From Candidatus Eiseniibacteriota bacterium (GTDB lineage: Bacteria; Eisenbacteria; RBG-16-71-46; JABDJR01), in NCBI GenBank assembly GCA_963783375.1, contig CAWANH010000028.1:1376001-1440000 (forward strand): a stretch of 64,000 nucleotides of DNA, written 5' to 3'. The notes below the pieces were generated by a model. The model worked only from the letters and a program-made list of their open reading frames with translations. It had not been told where the DNA came from and ran no database searches. This document shows, in pieces, positions 19,901-33,865 of the stretch. The position numbers and the translations under genes were made by a program. Position 1 is the stretch's first letter. Every line of letters begins with the position of its first letter.

Positions 19901-20632
19901 AACATCCTCTCCGAGGGCATGGCGCACTACTCCACCGCCCTCCTCCTGGAGCAGATGAAGGGGGAACGGGGGCGGATGGAATTCCTGAAACGAATCGAGG
20001 AGATCTACGGGGACAACCGGCAGGCCGACTCCGAGCGCCCGCTGGTCAAGACCGACGGCAGCCGGGCCGGCGACAACGCCGTCGTCTACAACAAGGGCGG
20101 CTGGGTGTTCTGGATGCTGTTGAACCACCTCGGACGGGAGCGCGACCTGGCCGGGGTGCGCGACTTCATCACCACCTACGCGGACAACCCGGACCACCCG
20201 GTGCTCCAGGACTTCGTGGCGGTGATGCGGAAGCAGTCGGCCGACACCACGGCCTACGACGCCTTCGTCCACCAGTGGTTCTTCGAGAAGGTCGTTCCCG
20301 AGTACCGGATCTCCGGGGTCAAGCGCGCCGAACTGAACGCGGTGGCCGACGCCTCGGGGGCGGCGGGAGCGTCCTGGGAAGTCACCGCCACCGTGGAGAA
20401 CGCGGGAACGGGAACGATGCCGGTCGAGGTGGCGGCCACGACCGGGAAGCGGTTCGACAAGGAGGGAAAGCCCGGGACGGACTATCGCGACGCGCGGACC
20501 ACGGTGACTCTGGCCGCGGGGGAGAAGCAGGACGTGACCATCCGGTGCGGGTTCAAGCCCGAGAAGCTGGTGGTGGATCCGGACGTGATGGTGCTGCAGC
20601 TGGAGCGGAAGCACGCGGAAGCGGGGCTGTAG
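16988..20632 (+). CDS. ABC-2 type permease / M1 aminopeptidase fusion
   Basis: Two multi-TM permease halves, then an extracytoplasmic zincin domain with AHESAHQWWG...LSEG and VVYNKG. Confidence 0.88.
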   Translation: MNLRRIRQEFGMEFAHDLKRPLFWVLIVILGLTAWGLSSGQMRISSGDSTVGGTKAWITSMYAVSQMISMVVMMFYAFFVAVAAGMTVIRDDELKVGELLHATPLTPGEYVWGRFAGVTATFLVALALQMLLMIFFAYVFPHPGKEEMFGPFTAVHYAVPALVFALPTILFFAGVAFALGIFTRKPILVFMFPLAALLIVAFFMWDWSPTWLALRWNRLLMVLDPSGFRWLNETWLKVDRGVDFYNTAPVRYDVYFLVNRLLCLVLGFAAVALAGWRFARTLRGSAAPRGRRFGLGRAHTGPWGVSETGGAAEPATLPTVRRPLSELGMRGSAPGFLRGTWEVLRVELRELRSQPGLYLFVPIILLQVIGTALVANGAFSTPLLHTPGTLAVRSMNTLTLLIVLLVLFYTVESLERERNTGFGSIFHAAPLRTGSILLGKTLANSVVGLVVVLATFVACAIVLIIQGRIAFDLRPFLLVWGALLIPTVVAWTAFTAALWAITRNRFTTYALGLGVLILTGYLQTIGKMNWAGNWDIWSALRWSDMGTFELDRTAILLNRIEVLALAAFFLGLTVKLFPRRDLDPIRTLGRLRPGALLRGSLPLLPALAVAGIAAGMLIHDVNAGFQGGAAKKLAKDYWRKNIATYKDYPLPSFTHVDLKVDLTPRSRGLAVEGAYHFVNRDRKTLDRVPLTGGLHWKDLEWTMNGEKATPEDRSHLYVFTPPAPLAPGDSLIIGFRFHGRYPDGITKNGGGNDEFILPSGVVLTSFRPTMAPLLGFQEGVGVDKDNSYDSKEYPDDFYVGRTKSAFGVDRPFTTHIEVSGPAGYTLNSVGTLVSDTADGDRHTAVWVSDRPVTFFNVVAGRWDVRDGEGTRIFYHPAHRVNVEEMGEALDAARKYYSEWFMPFPWKELKLSEFPDMARYAQGFPTDITFSEGIGFLTKSDPKTNLASMVTAHESAHQWWGNILNPGEGPGGNILSEGMAHYSTALLLEQMKGERGRMEFLKRIEEIYGDNRQADSERPLVKTDGSRAGDNAVVYNKGGWVFWMLLNHLGRERDLAGVRDFITTYADNPDHPVLQDFVAVMRKQSADTTAYDAFVHQWFFEKVVPEYRISGVKRAELNAVADASGAAGASWEVTATVENAGTGTMPVEVAATTGKRFDKEGKPGTDYRDARTTVTLAAGEKQDVTIRCGFKPEKLVVDPDVMVLQLERKHAEAGL

Positions 20633-20644
20633 CCCGGGAGCGGA

Positions 20645-20806
20645 TCAGCGAAGCCGCACGAGCTTCAGCGCCCCCGCGTCGAGGCCTCGGAGGCGCGCGT
20701 AGAAGACCCCGGAGGGAAGCGCCCGGCCGCGGGGGTCGTGGCCGTCCCGGCTCACCCGCCGCGATCCGGCGGAAACCGGGAGCAGCGCCACCGGGATCGT
20801 GAGGGT
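20645..20806 (-). pseudogene. Orphan fragment of a FlgD-Ig/T9SS-like C-terminal domain
   Basis: A 54-codon frame missing from the ORF track reads ...VSRDGHDPRGRALPSGVFYARLRGLDAGALKLVRLR*. It matches the WDGRD..G..L.SG.Y.RL...K..L tails elsewhere in the window. Confidence 0.6.
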
Positions 20807-20931
20807 TCAAGTCGGCGTCCATTCCAGGCACGGCGCGAGGGACGATCGAAGGCGTGACTTGAGAATTGTACCAGGGAGTGGGATCTTGTGTCCCGATCCG
20901 TTCCCGGCCGCGCACAGAGGAAGGACACGCC

Positions 20932-22275
20932 GTGAGACGCTGGACCGCATGGACCCTCGTTCTAGCCGGTGGGTTGCTCCTGGGAACCGCGGCGCCGGCT
21001 CGCGCCCAGGAGCGCGCCGATTCGGTGTCCGTCCCCGGCCCGGGCGGCACCCCCGGGCTCACCTGGCCGCTCGCCGCCCCCGCCTCCCCCGCCGCCGCCC
21101 GGCTGGTGCTGGAGGCCCGGAACCCCACCCTCCTCGCCCATTTCTACCGCGACGGCCTGCGCCTTCGCGTTCTCGCCGAAGACCGGGTCTCCGGGCGGAC
21201 GGTCCTCGCTGCCGGCGGAACCCAGCTCGTGATCATCCGGGGCGCCGGTGATCGCGATCCCGGCGTCACGCGTCTTCTTCTTCCCTCCGCCGACCTCGAG
21301 GCCTCGGCGCGTCTTCTCGCCGGACTGGAGCGCCCCTACCGGGAGATCCGCACCGTCGAAGGGGAACTGGTCGCGCTCCACTTCCGGGATCCCGAGGGAA
21401 ACCCCGCGGGCTACGTGCTGGGATCGCTTCCCGCCCGCGCCTGGCTGGCGCCGTTCGAGGCGCCAAGCGGCGGCCGGGGGCACGACCGGAGCGGGCGGGT
21501 CGGTCTCATGGTCTACGGCGGGATCTACGGCACCTGGCTCGGGGTGGCGGTCCCGGTCGGGCTCGGTTCGGAAGACGCGTCGGTGATCGGCCTGTCCATC
21601 ATCGCCGGAGGTCCCCTGGGCGTCCTGGCCGCCGACCGCTTCGCCCGGGGCCGTGATCTGAGCAAGGGACGCACCGGAACCATGACCCTGGCCGGGAACT
21701 TCGCAACCTGGCAGGGGATCGGTTGGTCGACGGTGGCCGACGCCGATGCCAGGGACGCGGTGCTGGTGGGCGCGACGACCGGGCTCGGGAGTCTCCTGGC
21801 CGCGGGGCTTCTCACCGAGCGCGTTTCGGTTTCCGAGGGCCAGAGCATCGTCATGCACGGGTCGGCCTCCTGGGGAGCGTGGTACGGGCTGGTGGGGGCG
21901 GAGCTGGGGGATCCCTCCGGAGACGGCGTCGTCACCACCATGCTCCTGGCCAGCTCGGCCGGATTGGCCGCGGGAACCCTGTGGGGACTCGGGCACGACA
22001 TGAGCCCGACCCGGGCCAGCCTCATCAACCTGGGGGGGATCCTCGGCACCGCCCTCGGCTTCGGACTCGATCTCGTGTTCCGGATCGACAACGCCCCCGC
22101 CGTCTTCACCGTGGCCGGGCTGGGAACGGCGGCCGGGTTCACCGGAGCCACCCTGATGACCCGGGATCGCCCGGATGACGATCGAAGCGAGGGCTTCCGC
22201 CTCACCACCCCCGCGCGGTTCGCCCTGGGTCCCGACGGCGCCCCCCGGGTGGAGCTCCTGAGCGCGTCGTTCTGA
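20932..22275 (+). CDS. Exported protein: VOC/glyoxalase-like domain fused to a Gly-rich hydrophobic C-terminal domain
   Basis: Signal peptide (APARA-Q); HFYRDGL...SADLEASA...LHFRDPEGNP; repeated GxxxG helices. GTG start after GAGGAAGGA. Confidence 0.7.
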   Translation: MRRWTAWTLVLAGGLLLGTAAPARAQERADSVSVPGPGGTPGLTWPLAAPASPAAARLVLEARNPTLLAHFYRDGLRLRVLAEDRVSGRTVLAAGGTQLVIIRGAGDRDPGVTRLLLPSADLEASARLLAGLERPYREIRTVEGELVALHFRDPEGNPAGYVLGSLPARAWLAPFEAPSGGRGHDRSGRVGLMVYGGIYGTWLGVAVPVGLGSEDASVIGLSIIAGGPLGVLAADRFARGRDLSKGRTGTMTLAGNFATWQGIGWSTVADADARDAVLVGATTGLGSLLAAGLLTERVSVSEGQSIVMHGSASWGAWYGLVGAELGDPSGDGVVTTMLLASSAGLAAGTLWGLGHDMSPTRASLINLGGILGTALGFGLDLVFRIDNAPAVFTVAGLGTAAGFTGATLMTRDRPDDDRSEGFRLTTPARFALGPDGAPRVELLSASF

Positions 22276-22280
22276 TCGCT

Positions 22281-22310
22281 TTGACGGAGCATCCATCCGC
22301 CTGCTAAGTT
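22281..22310 (+). promoter_or_regulatory. Putative sigma70 promoter of the glgE operon
   Basis: TTGACG-N18-TAAGTT with an extended TG. Confidence 0.45.
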
Positions 22311-22505
22311 CAAGTTCACATTGGTCATTGCCTCGAATGTCTTGATCGCCGCTCCAAAGGCGGCCGCGCGCGCCTCCCGGCGCGAATCGAGGGCCACTTG
22401 CCGGCCCCTGCGAGCCCGGGTCCCTTCCGACCCCTCGCTCTCGAGGCGGACTGGAGGCCCGGCCGGAACCCGTTTTCGGCCCGGGGGCCTCCGGGAGCGT
22501 TGTTG

Positions 22506-24494
<1,989 letters not shown>

Positions 24495-24522
24495 TCGGGC
24501 GGCCGGGAAGGAGATGCTAGGC

Positions 24523-27500
24523 ATGGCGAAAAAGGATTCAGTCCCGGTGCCGGACGATCCCCAGTGGTACAAGGACGCGATCATCTACGAGGTCCACGTC
24601 CGGGCGTTCTGCGATGCCGACGGGGACGGAGTGGGCGACTTCCAGGGCCTGACCGAGAAGCTCGATTACCTACAGGATCTCGGGGTGACCGCGATCTGGA
24701 TCCTCCCGTTCTACCCCTCGCCCCTCAAGGACGACGGCTACGACATCGCCGACTACACCGCGGTCAACCCGACCTACGGCACGCTCCGGGACTTCAATAC
24801 CTTCCTCCGGGAGGCCCATAAGCGGGGACTCCGGGTGATCACCGAGTTGGTCCTGAACCACAGCTCGGACCAGCATCCCTGGTTCCAGCGGGCCCGGCGG
24901 GCCAAGCCGGGGAGCCGGCTCCGCGACTACTACGTGTGGAGCGACACCCCGGAGAAGTACAAGGAAGCCCGGGTCATATTCAAGGACTTCGAGGCCTCGA
25001 ACTGGACCTGGGACTCCAAGGCCGGCGCCTACTACTGGCACCGTTTCTACTCGCACCAGCCGGACCTCAACTTCGACAACGCCGAGGTGCGCCGGACGCT
25101 GCTCCGGATCCTCGACTTCTGGCTCTCGCGGGGGGTGGACGGGCTCCGACTCGACGCCATCCCCTACCTCTACGAACGGGAAGGGACGAACTGCGAGAAC
25201 GTGTCCGAGACCCACGGCTTTCTCCGGGACCTCCGGAAGCACGTGGACCGGAACCACGGGGACCGGATGCTCCTGGCCGAGGCCAACCAGTGGCCGGAGG
25301 ACGCCATCGCCTACTTCGGGGAGGGGGACGAGTGCCACATGGCCTTCCACTTCCCGGTCATGCCGCGGCTCTTCATGGCGATCCGCATGGAGAACCGGTT
25401 CCCGATCATCGACATCCTCCAGCAGACCCCGACCATTCCCGAGAACTGCCAGTGGGCGATCTTCCTCCGGAACCACGACGAGCTGACCCTGGAGATGGTG
25501 ACCGACGAAGAGCGCGACTACATGTACCGGATGTTCGCCCACGACTCGAAGATGCGGATCAACCTGGGCATACGGCGCCGGCTGGCCCCGCTCCTGGGCA
25601 ACGACCGCAAGCGGATCGAGCTCATGAACAGCCTGCTTTTCTCGCTCCCCGGGACCCCGGTGCTCTACTACGGGGACGAGATCGGGATGGGCGACAACTT
25701 CTACCTCGGCGACCGGAACGGGGTCCGCACCCCCATGCAGTGGAGCGCGGACCGGAACGCCGGATTCTCCCGGGCCCTTCCCCATCAGCTCTACCTTCCC
25801 ATCATCATCGATCCCGAATACCACTACGAAGCGATCAACGTGGAGACCCAGCAGCAGAACCCGCACTCCCTCCTGTGGTGGATGAAGCGGCTCATCGGGC
25901 TTCGCCGGCGTTTCCAGGCCTTCAGCCGGGGGGAGATCGAGTTCCTCCAGCCCGAGAACTACAAGGTGCTGGTCTTCACCCGCACCTTCGAGGACGAGAA
26001 GATCCTGGTGGTGGCCAACCTCTCGCGGTTCGCCCAGGCGGTCGAGCTGGAGTTGGAGGAGTACAAGGGGCTGGTGCCGGTGGAGCTTTTCGGGGGCACC
26101 CGTTTCCCTCCCATCGGGGACCTGCCCTATTTCCTCACCCTGGGGGCCCACTCGTTCTACTGGTTCTCCCTGGAAAGCCAGCCGGGGGAGGAGATCGTCC
26201 GGGAGAAGCATCCGGACGAACGGCGGCTGTTGACGGTTTCGCGATCGTGGACCGAGGCGCTCCGGGGCCGGGGTCGGAGCGCCCTGGAGAACCTGCTCCC
26301 CGAATACCTCTCCGCCCGGCGCTGGTTCGGGGGGAAAGCGCGCCGCATCCGCGGGGTGGAGATCCTGGACACGGTTCCGGTGTCCACGGTAGGGGAGGCA
26401 GCCAAGACGTTCATCACCGTGCTGGAGGTGGAATACGCCGAGGGCGAGCCGGAGAGCTACGTGCTCCCTCTCACCTACGCGACGGGGAAGACCGCGGTCC
26501 ACGTCAAGCGGACCGCTCCCGAGGCGGTGGTGGCGCGGCTCCAGGTGAAGGGGGAGCCGGAGGTCGGGATCCTCTACGACGCGCTCCACGACCCGAAGCT
26601 GGCCGCGTCGCTCCTCGAAGCGGTGGGCAAACGCCGCCGTTCCAAGGGAATCCGGGGAGAGATCCAGAGCTGGCCCACCGCCGCCTATCGCACCCTTCGC
26701 CGGGAGGCGAAGAAGGACCTCGAGCCCCACGTGATGCGGGGAGAGCAGTCCAACACCTCGATCGTCTACGGCGAGCAGTTCGTGTTCAAGCTCTTCCGGC
26801 GCCTGGGCGAGGGTCAGAACCCCGATCTGGAGGTGGGCCGGTTCCTCACCGAAAAGACCCGGTTCGAACACATCGCGCGGGTGGCCGGGGCCCTGGAATA
26901 CCGGCGGCCCAAGCAGGATGCGCTCACCCTGGGCATTCTCCAGGCCTACGTCCCCAACCAGGGCGACGCCTGGAACTACACCCTCGATTCCCTGGGGCGG
27001 TTCTTCGACCGGGTGAAGACCTGGCGGCCGGACGGGGACGCCGACGAGATGCCCCTGCCCGCGGATTCCCTGGAAGAGGCGGCGCGGGAGGAGGTGCCGA
27101 AGGAGGCCCACGAATTCCTGGGGACCTACGAGGAGAGCGCGGCGCTCCTGGGGCGGCGGACCGGGGAGCTCCACCTGGCTCTGGCCTCGGAAACCGAGGA
27201 TCCGGCCTTCGCCCCCGAGCCCTTCTCCGCCCTCTACCAGCGTTCGCTCTACCAGTCCATGCGAAACGCGGCGCGGAAGACCTTCCAGCTCATGCGGGGA
27301 CGCCGGGCCTCGCTCCCGGAGGAGCTGGAGGACCGGGCGCGGAAGATCGCCGATCGAGAAGAGGACGTGCTCAAGCGCTTCCGGGCGGTGGTGGACCGCA
27401 AGCTCAGCCCCACCCGGCTCCGGGTCCACGGGGACTACCACCTGGGTCAGGTGCTCTTCACCGGGAAGGATTTCGTGATCATCGACTTCGAGGGGGAGCC

Positions 27501-27885
27501 GGCGCGATCCCTGACCGAGCGGCGGCTGAAGCGGTCACCCCTCGTGGACGTGGCGGGGATGCTCCGCTCCTTCCATTACGCGGCCTACGCGGGACTCCGG
27601 AGCGGATTGGAGTCGGGCCTCGTCCCCCGGGACCAGGAAACCCGGTTCGAGGCCTGGGCGGACTTCTGGTACCAGTGGGTGAGCGCGGTGTTCCTCCGGG
27701 GGTACCTCGACGCGGCGGGCGACGCCGCCTTTCTCCCCCCCGACCCGGAGGACCGGGACCTCCTTCTGGAGGCCTTTCTCCTGGAAAAGGCGGTCTACGA
27801 GCTCGGATATGAGCTTAACAATCGACCCGAATGGGTCAGGATCCCGCTCCAGGCGGTCAGCCGCCTCCTGAGGATCAGGATCTGA
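24523..27885 (+). CDS. treS: Trehalose synthase (TreS) fused to maltokinase (Mak/Pep2)
   Basis: [35 protein letters not shown]; kinase part [30 protein letters not shown]. Confidence 0.95.
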   Translation: MAKKDSVPVPDDPQWYKDAIIYEVHVRAFCDADGDGVGDFQGLTEKLDYLQDLGVTAIWILPFYPSPLKDDGYDIADYTAVNPTYGTLRDFNTFLREAHKRGLRVITELVLNHSSDQHPWFQRARRAKPGSRLRDYYVWSDTPEKYKEARVIFKDFEASNWTWDSKAGAYYWHRFYSHQPDLNFDNAEVRRTLLRILDFWLSRGVDGLRLDAIPYLYEREGTNCENVSETHGFLRDLRKHVDRNHGDRMLLAEANQWPEDAIAYFGEGDECHMAFHFPVMPRLFMAIRMENRFPIIDILQQTPTIPENCQWAIFLRNHDELTLEMVTDEERDYMYRMFAHDSKMRINLGIRRRLAPLLGNDRKRIELMNSLLFSLPGTPVLYYGDEIGMGDNFYLGDRNGVRTPMQWSADRNAGFSRALPHQLYLPIIIDPEYHYEAINVETQQQNPHSLLWWMKRLIGLRRRFQAFSRGEIEFLQPENYKVLVFTRTFEDEKILVVANLSRFAQAVELELEEYKGLVPVELFGGTRFPPIGDLPYFLTLGAHSFYWFSLESQPGEEIVREKHPDERRLLTVSRSWTEALRGRGRSALENLLPEYLSARRWFGGKARRIRGVEILDTVPVSTVGEAAKTFITVLEVEYAEGEPESYVLPLTYATGKTAVHVKRTAPEAVVARLQVKGEPEVGILYDALHDPKLAASLLEAVGKRRRSKGIRGEIQSWPTAAYRTLRREAKKDLEPHVMRGEQSNTSIVYGEQFVFKLFRRLGEGQNPDLEVGRFLTEKTRFEHIARVAGALEYRRPKQDALTLGILQAYVPNQGDAWNYTLDSLGRFFDRVKTWRPDGDADEMPLPADSLEEAAREEVPKEAHEFLGTYEESAALLGRRTGELHLALASETEDPAFAPEPFSALYQRSLYQSMRNAARKTFQLMRGRRASLPEELEDRARKIADREEDVLKRFRAVVDRKLSPTRLRVHGDYHLGQVLFTGKDFVIIDFEGEPARSLTERRLKRSPLVDVAGMLRSFHYAAYAGLRSGLESGLVPRDQETRFEAWADFWYQWVSAVFLRGYLDAAGDAAFLPPDPEDRDLLLEAFLLEKAVYELGYELNNRPEWVRIPLQAVSRLLRIRI

Positions 27886-27914
27886 CGATCAAGACGCAGG
27901 CAAAGGATGGAATC

Positions 27915-29878
<1,964 letters not shown>

Positions 29879-29882
<4 letters not shown>

Positions 29883-30610
29883 TCCGGGAGCACCTGCGGG
29901 ACCCGGCGGGCCACGGCGTAGGAGATCCCGATCAGCCCCGCGTCCGCGCAGTTGCTGTTGTAGTCGACCGCCTGGGCGGTGAAGCAGTGGACCACCCACG
30001 GATCGAGATCGGCGCTCTCTCCCTGGTACACGGTCACCGAATCCGAGCCGTGGACCACATGGAAAGGGGCGTTCCGGATCGAGTCGTAGCACTTGTTGTG
30101 GGGACGGCTCTCGCAGGTGGCGGGAAGCAGGGTCAGGGTGAACCCCGGAACGCCGCCGGTGAGCACGGTCGTCCCCGGCCGCTGTTCCGAGGCCGCGGCG
30201 AAGAGCAGTCCCACCTCGTCGACGACCAGGATCCCCTGAGCGGTCGGAAACCCGCCGACGTGATCCAGGGTGACGGTCACCACGTCTCCGACCCGAAGGG
30301 GGAGGGGAGGCGCGTCGGTGGAAGGAGGAGCGCCGTAGGCCAGGGTGTCCGTCTCCGCGCTCGCGGTGTCCCGGACCACCACGGTTTGCATGCCGCTCCC
30401 GTCGAATCCGGAGATGGAGAGCACCCGGACCGTGGCCTGGAAGTGCATGATCTCCGGGTGGGCGACCACATAGGTCGTGATGCTTCCGGTGGGCTCGACC
30501 CCGCAGGCGGGGTCCGCGTCCTCGCAGGAACTGGGACCGCTGGCGGCAGCCATGGCTCCCAGTCCCAGCGCCAGCCCGGCGAACCAAGGCCTTCGAAGCA
30601 GGTGGGTCAT
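29879..30610 (-). CDS. Hypothetical exported/lipoprotein-like Cys-containing protein
   Basis: Hydrophobic N-terminus followed by GPSSC; six Cys; coding-like composition. Confidence 0.6.
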
Positions 30611-30818
30611 GATTGTTTCAACTCCCGCGGCCGGGTGATGGTGATTTCCCCGCACATCCGATCCTAGCAGGATACCCGGGGTTCGGTCCCGGGTTCCCTC
30701 CCAACCCTCCCGACCCGCGTCTCACCGCCTCCTGCTAGGATAGCCGGGCTGCGGGACCCCGGGATACGGCCCGGACACCGTCGCGGCGCACCGGGGAGCG
30801 AAGGACGGCGGGGGTGTC

Positions 30819-31613
30819 ATGGACCAGGATGTGCGGAACATCGAAAGCGCGGAGAATCCGGTCTTCAAGGATCTCCGGAAGCTCCTCGGCGCCCGCGGGA
30901 TCAAGAAGCAGGGCCGGGCGCTATTGGCCGGCCCCCGGCTCACCGCCGAGGCGCTGGCCCGCCACCCGGATCGGTGCCGGGCCTGGCTCGTCCCCGCCGG
31001 GAAGGACCCCGAGGCGGCGTCCGGAGCCGGTGCTCCGGTCTACCGCCTCGCCCCCGCCCTCTTCCGGGAGCTGGACCTCTTCGGCACCCGCGCTCCCATC
31101 CTGGTCCTGGAGGTTCCCGGGATTCCACGGTGGGATCCCGCGAAGGGGCTCCCCCCCGGGTCGAGTCTTCTCGTGCCCTTCCAGGACCCCGAAAACACCG
31201 GCGCGGTCATCCGCTCCGCCGTCGCCTTCGGGGTGGACCGGGTGATCCTGCTCGCCGAGTGCGCTCACCCCTTTCATCCCAAGACGCTCCGAAGCTCGGG
31301 CGGCGCGGTGCTCCAGGTCCCGCTCCTCGCCGGACCGTCGCTGGGGGCGCTTCCCCCCGACCCGGCGATCGTCCCTCTCTCCGCCGAGGGGACGGACATC
31401 GGGACGTTCGCGTTTCCGGAGCGGTTCGGGCTCCTCCCCGGGATCGAGGGGGAGGGGCTCCCTGCGCCCTGGCGGGAGCGGTCGGTGGCCGTACCCATCC
31501 GTTCCGAAGTGGAGTCCCTGAACGCGGCCGCGGCCACCGCGGTGGCCCTCTACGTGTGGTCGCGGGGGAGAAGCAGGGAGAGATCGTCGACCGAGAGCCG
31601 CGGCGGCTCGTGA
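30819..31613 (+). CDS. TrmH/SpoU family RNA methyltransferase
   Basis: IESAENP, QDPENTGAVIRSA, GIEGEGL, VESLNAA. Confidence 0.9.
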   Translation: MDQDVRNIESAENPVFKDLRKLLGARGIKKQGRALLAGPRLTAEALARHPDRCRAWLVPAGKDPEAASGAGAPVYRLAPALFRELDLFGTRAPILVLEVPGIPRWDPAKGLPPGSSLLVPFQDPENTGAVIRSAVAFGVDRVILLAECAHPFHPKTLRSSGGAVLQVPLLAGPSLGALPPDPAIVPLSAEGTDIGTFAFPERFGLLPGIEGEGLPAPWRERSVAVPIRSEVESLNAAAATAVALYVWSRGRSRERSSTESRGGS

Positions 31614-32398
31614 TCGGGATCGCACCGGTAAGGGGTGAAGTCGGTCCAGCCCCGCTCACGCAGGAAATCCTCGTCGATGAGCGCCCGCCCGGTGAGCTCC
31701 GCCGGCGCCGTGGCGACGATCTCAAGCACCGCGTCGGCCATGATCGCGGGTTTTCGCCAGGAGGCCGGTGAGCCGAGCCGGTAGTTGATGGTGGCCTGGC
31801 TCTCGACCGCGGTGGCCGGCCAGAGCGCGTTCACCGCCACCCCGCGGCCCCGAAGCTCCCCGGCCAGGCCCAGGGCCAGCATGGTCATTCCGAACTTGCT
31901 GATCAGGTAGGCGGTCTTTCCCGGCAGGGCGGCCGGTTCGACCGGGGGCGAGATCATGACCACGTGTCCGCCGCCCCCCTCCAGCATCGGCTCCAGGGCG
32001 GCCCGGGTGAGCGCGAAGGGCCCCCGGAGGTTGACCGCCATCACCAGGTCGAAGCGCTTCATGGGGGTGTCGAGCACCGGGGTCCACCACAGCGCCCCGG
32101 CGTTGTTGACCAGGACGTCGATCCGCCCGTACTCGTGCATGACGGTCCGGACCAGGCTCTCGATGTCGGCATCGATTCGAAGATCCAGCCGGACCGGAAG
32201 CGCCTCGCCCCCGGCGTCCTGGATCTCCTCGGCCACCGAGTGAATGGAGCCGGGGAGCTTCTCGCGGGAGCGCTCGCTCTTGGCCGCCACGACCACCCGC
32301 GCCCCTTCCCGGGCCAGGGTGAGGGCCACCGCCCGGCCGATGCCCCGGCTCGCTCCGGTCACCACCGCCACCTGGCCGTCCAGTCGTCGGGTGCTCAC
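31550..32398 (-). CDS. SDR oxidoreductase (HSDL2-like)
   Basis: TGASRGIG, NNAG, YLISK, VNALWP. Confidence 0.9.
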   Translation of the reverse strand: MSTRRLDGQVAVVTGASRGIGRAVALTLAREGARVVVAAKSERSREKLPGSIHSVAEEIQDAGGEALPVRLDLRIDADIESLVRTVMHEYGRIDVLVNNAGALWWTPVLDTPMKRFDLVMAVNLRGPFALTRAALEPMLEGGGGHVVMISPPVEPAALPGKTAYLISKFGMTMLALGLAGELRGRGVAVNALWPATAVESQATINYRLGSPASWRKPAIMADAVLEIVATAPAELTGRALIDEDFLRERGWTDFTPYRCDPDHEPPRLSVDDLSLLLPRDHT

Positions 32399-32426
32399 GG
32401 GATCTCCTCCGGGCCGGCGGGTCTTC

Positions 32427-33647
32427 CTACCGCTTCCGCGGCTTTCGTCCGAAGGTGGGGCGCGCAGGCTTGGCCCCCGGCTCCACCCGCTCGGTCTTCT
32501 CCGGTCGCGGGGTGTAGAGGGAGAGGATGACCGGCGCGCCGTCGTATTCCTTGCGGGGCAGGCGATGGCCCACCGCGATCTCGATCTTCTCCAGGGCGGA
32601 GTGATCGGTGGGGCACGCGAAGGTGATGGCGTCCCCCTCGGCGTCGGCCCGTGCGGTGCGGCCGATCCGGTGGAGGTAGTCGTCGGCGCTGGGGGGAATG
32701 TCGTAGTTGATGATGTGGGATACGCCCTCGATGTCGAGACCCCGGGCGGCGATGTCGGTGGCCACCAGGATCTTGAACTCCCCGTTCCGGAACCCGTCCA
32801 ACGCTTCTTCGCGCTGGATCTGGGAGCGATCCCCGTGGATCTCGCCCACGCTGTAGTTCGCCTTGTGCAGGGCGCGGGCCAGCCGCTCGGTGCGGATCCG
32901 GGTATGGAGGAAGATCACCGCGGAGTGGATCTCCTCCTCCTCCAGGATCTTGAACAGGAGGGTCATCTTGTCTTCCGGACGGACCGGATAGAGGATCTGG
33001 TGGACGCTGTCCACCGGCTTCCTCACGTGGCCCACTCGAACCCGGACCGGGTCCTTGAGCATGCGGTCGGCCAGGTAGGCGATCTCCTCGGGGAAAGTGG
33101 CCGAGAACATCAGGGTCTGCCGCATCTTGGGGAGCTTCCGCATGATGCGCTGGATGTCGGGGAGGAAGCCCATGTCGAGCATCCGGTCCGCCTCGTCCAG
33201 GACCAGGATCATGAGGTTCTCGAAGCGGATGTTCCCCCGGCCCATGTGGTCCAGGAGCCGTCCGGGGGTGGCCACGGTCACCGCGCGGCCCTGCTTCAGG
33301 GCCTGCTTCTGCTTGTCGAGGCTCACCCCGCCGTAGACCGCGACGCTACCGATCCCCAGAGGTCTTCCGACCTCCTCGATCACCCGCTCCACCTGGACCG
33401 CCAGCTCGCGGGTGGGGACCAGGACCAGCATGGAGTTTCTCTGAATACTTCCTTGGGCCAGCCGGGAGAGGCTCGGGAGGACATAGGCCAGGGTTTTCCC
33501 GGTCCCGGTCTGGGCCAGACCGATCACGTCGGTTCCTTCCAGGGCATGGGGGATGGCCTGCTCCTGGATCGGGGTGGGGGTGGTGATTCCCATCTGTTCG
33601 ATGACCTGCAGCTGGCGCGGGTCCAATCCAAAGGAATCAAAGGACAT
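32427..33647 (-). CDS. DEAD-box RNA helicase
   Basis: Q motif PTPIQ, AQTGTGKT, PTRELA, DEAD, SAT, ARGLD, HRIGRTAR. Alternative start at 33692. Confidence 0.93.
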   Translation of the reverse strand: MSFDSFGLDPRQLQVIEQMGITTPTPIQEQAIPHALEGTDVIGLAQTGTGKTLAYVLPSLSRLAQGSIQRNSMLVLVPTRELAVQVERVIEEVGRPLGIGSVAVYGGVSLDKQKQALKQGRAVTVATPGRLLDHMGRGNIRFENLMILVLDEADRMLDMGFLPDIQRIMRKLPKMRQTLMFSATFPEEIAYLADRMLKDPVRVRVGHVRKPVDSVHQILYPVRPEDKMTLLFKILEEEEIHSAVIFLHTRIRTERLARALHKANYSVGEIHGDRSQIQREEALDGFRNGEFKILVATDIAARGLDIEGVSHIINYDIPPSADDYLHRIGRTARADAEGDAITFACPTDHSALEKIEIAVGHRLPRKEYDGAPVILSLYTPRPEKTERVEPGAKPARPTFGRKPRKR

Positions 33648-33865
33648 AGAGGGACCTTGGGACTCTCTCTGGGAGAGCGTGGTTTCTGACATGTTGTTTG
33701 ATTTCAGTGTTGGTACTCAAGGGGATCAGGATGACGGATAACGGGGTCTCGAGGACGTTCCTCGGGTTCCGAGATTGCCGATATGACGCGATAGAGTTTA
33801 CGCCTTCGGAACCCCTTGTGCAATGGCCACTTCCCCTATTGGAAAACCGCCTTCAGAATAGCCCC

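Noticed and set aside
31550-31613. 64-bp convergent overlap of the TrmH and SDR genes
   Set aside because: Both tails are non-conserved extensions, and such overlaps are common in GC-rich genomes.
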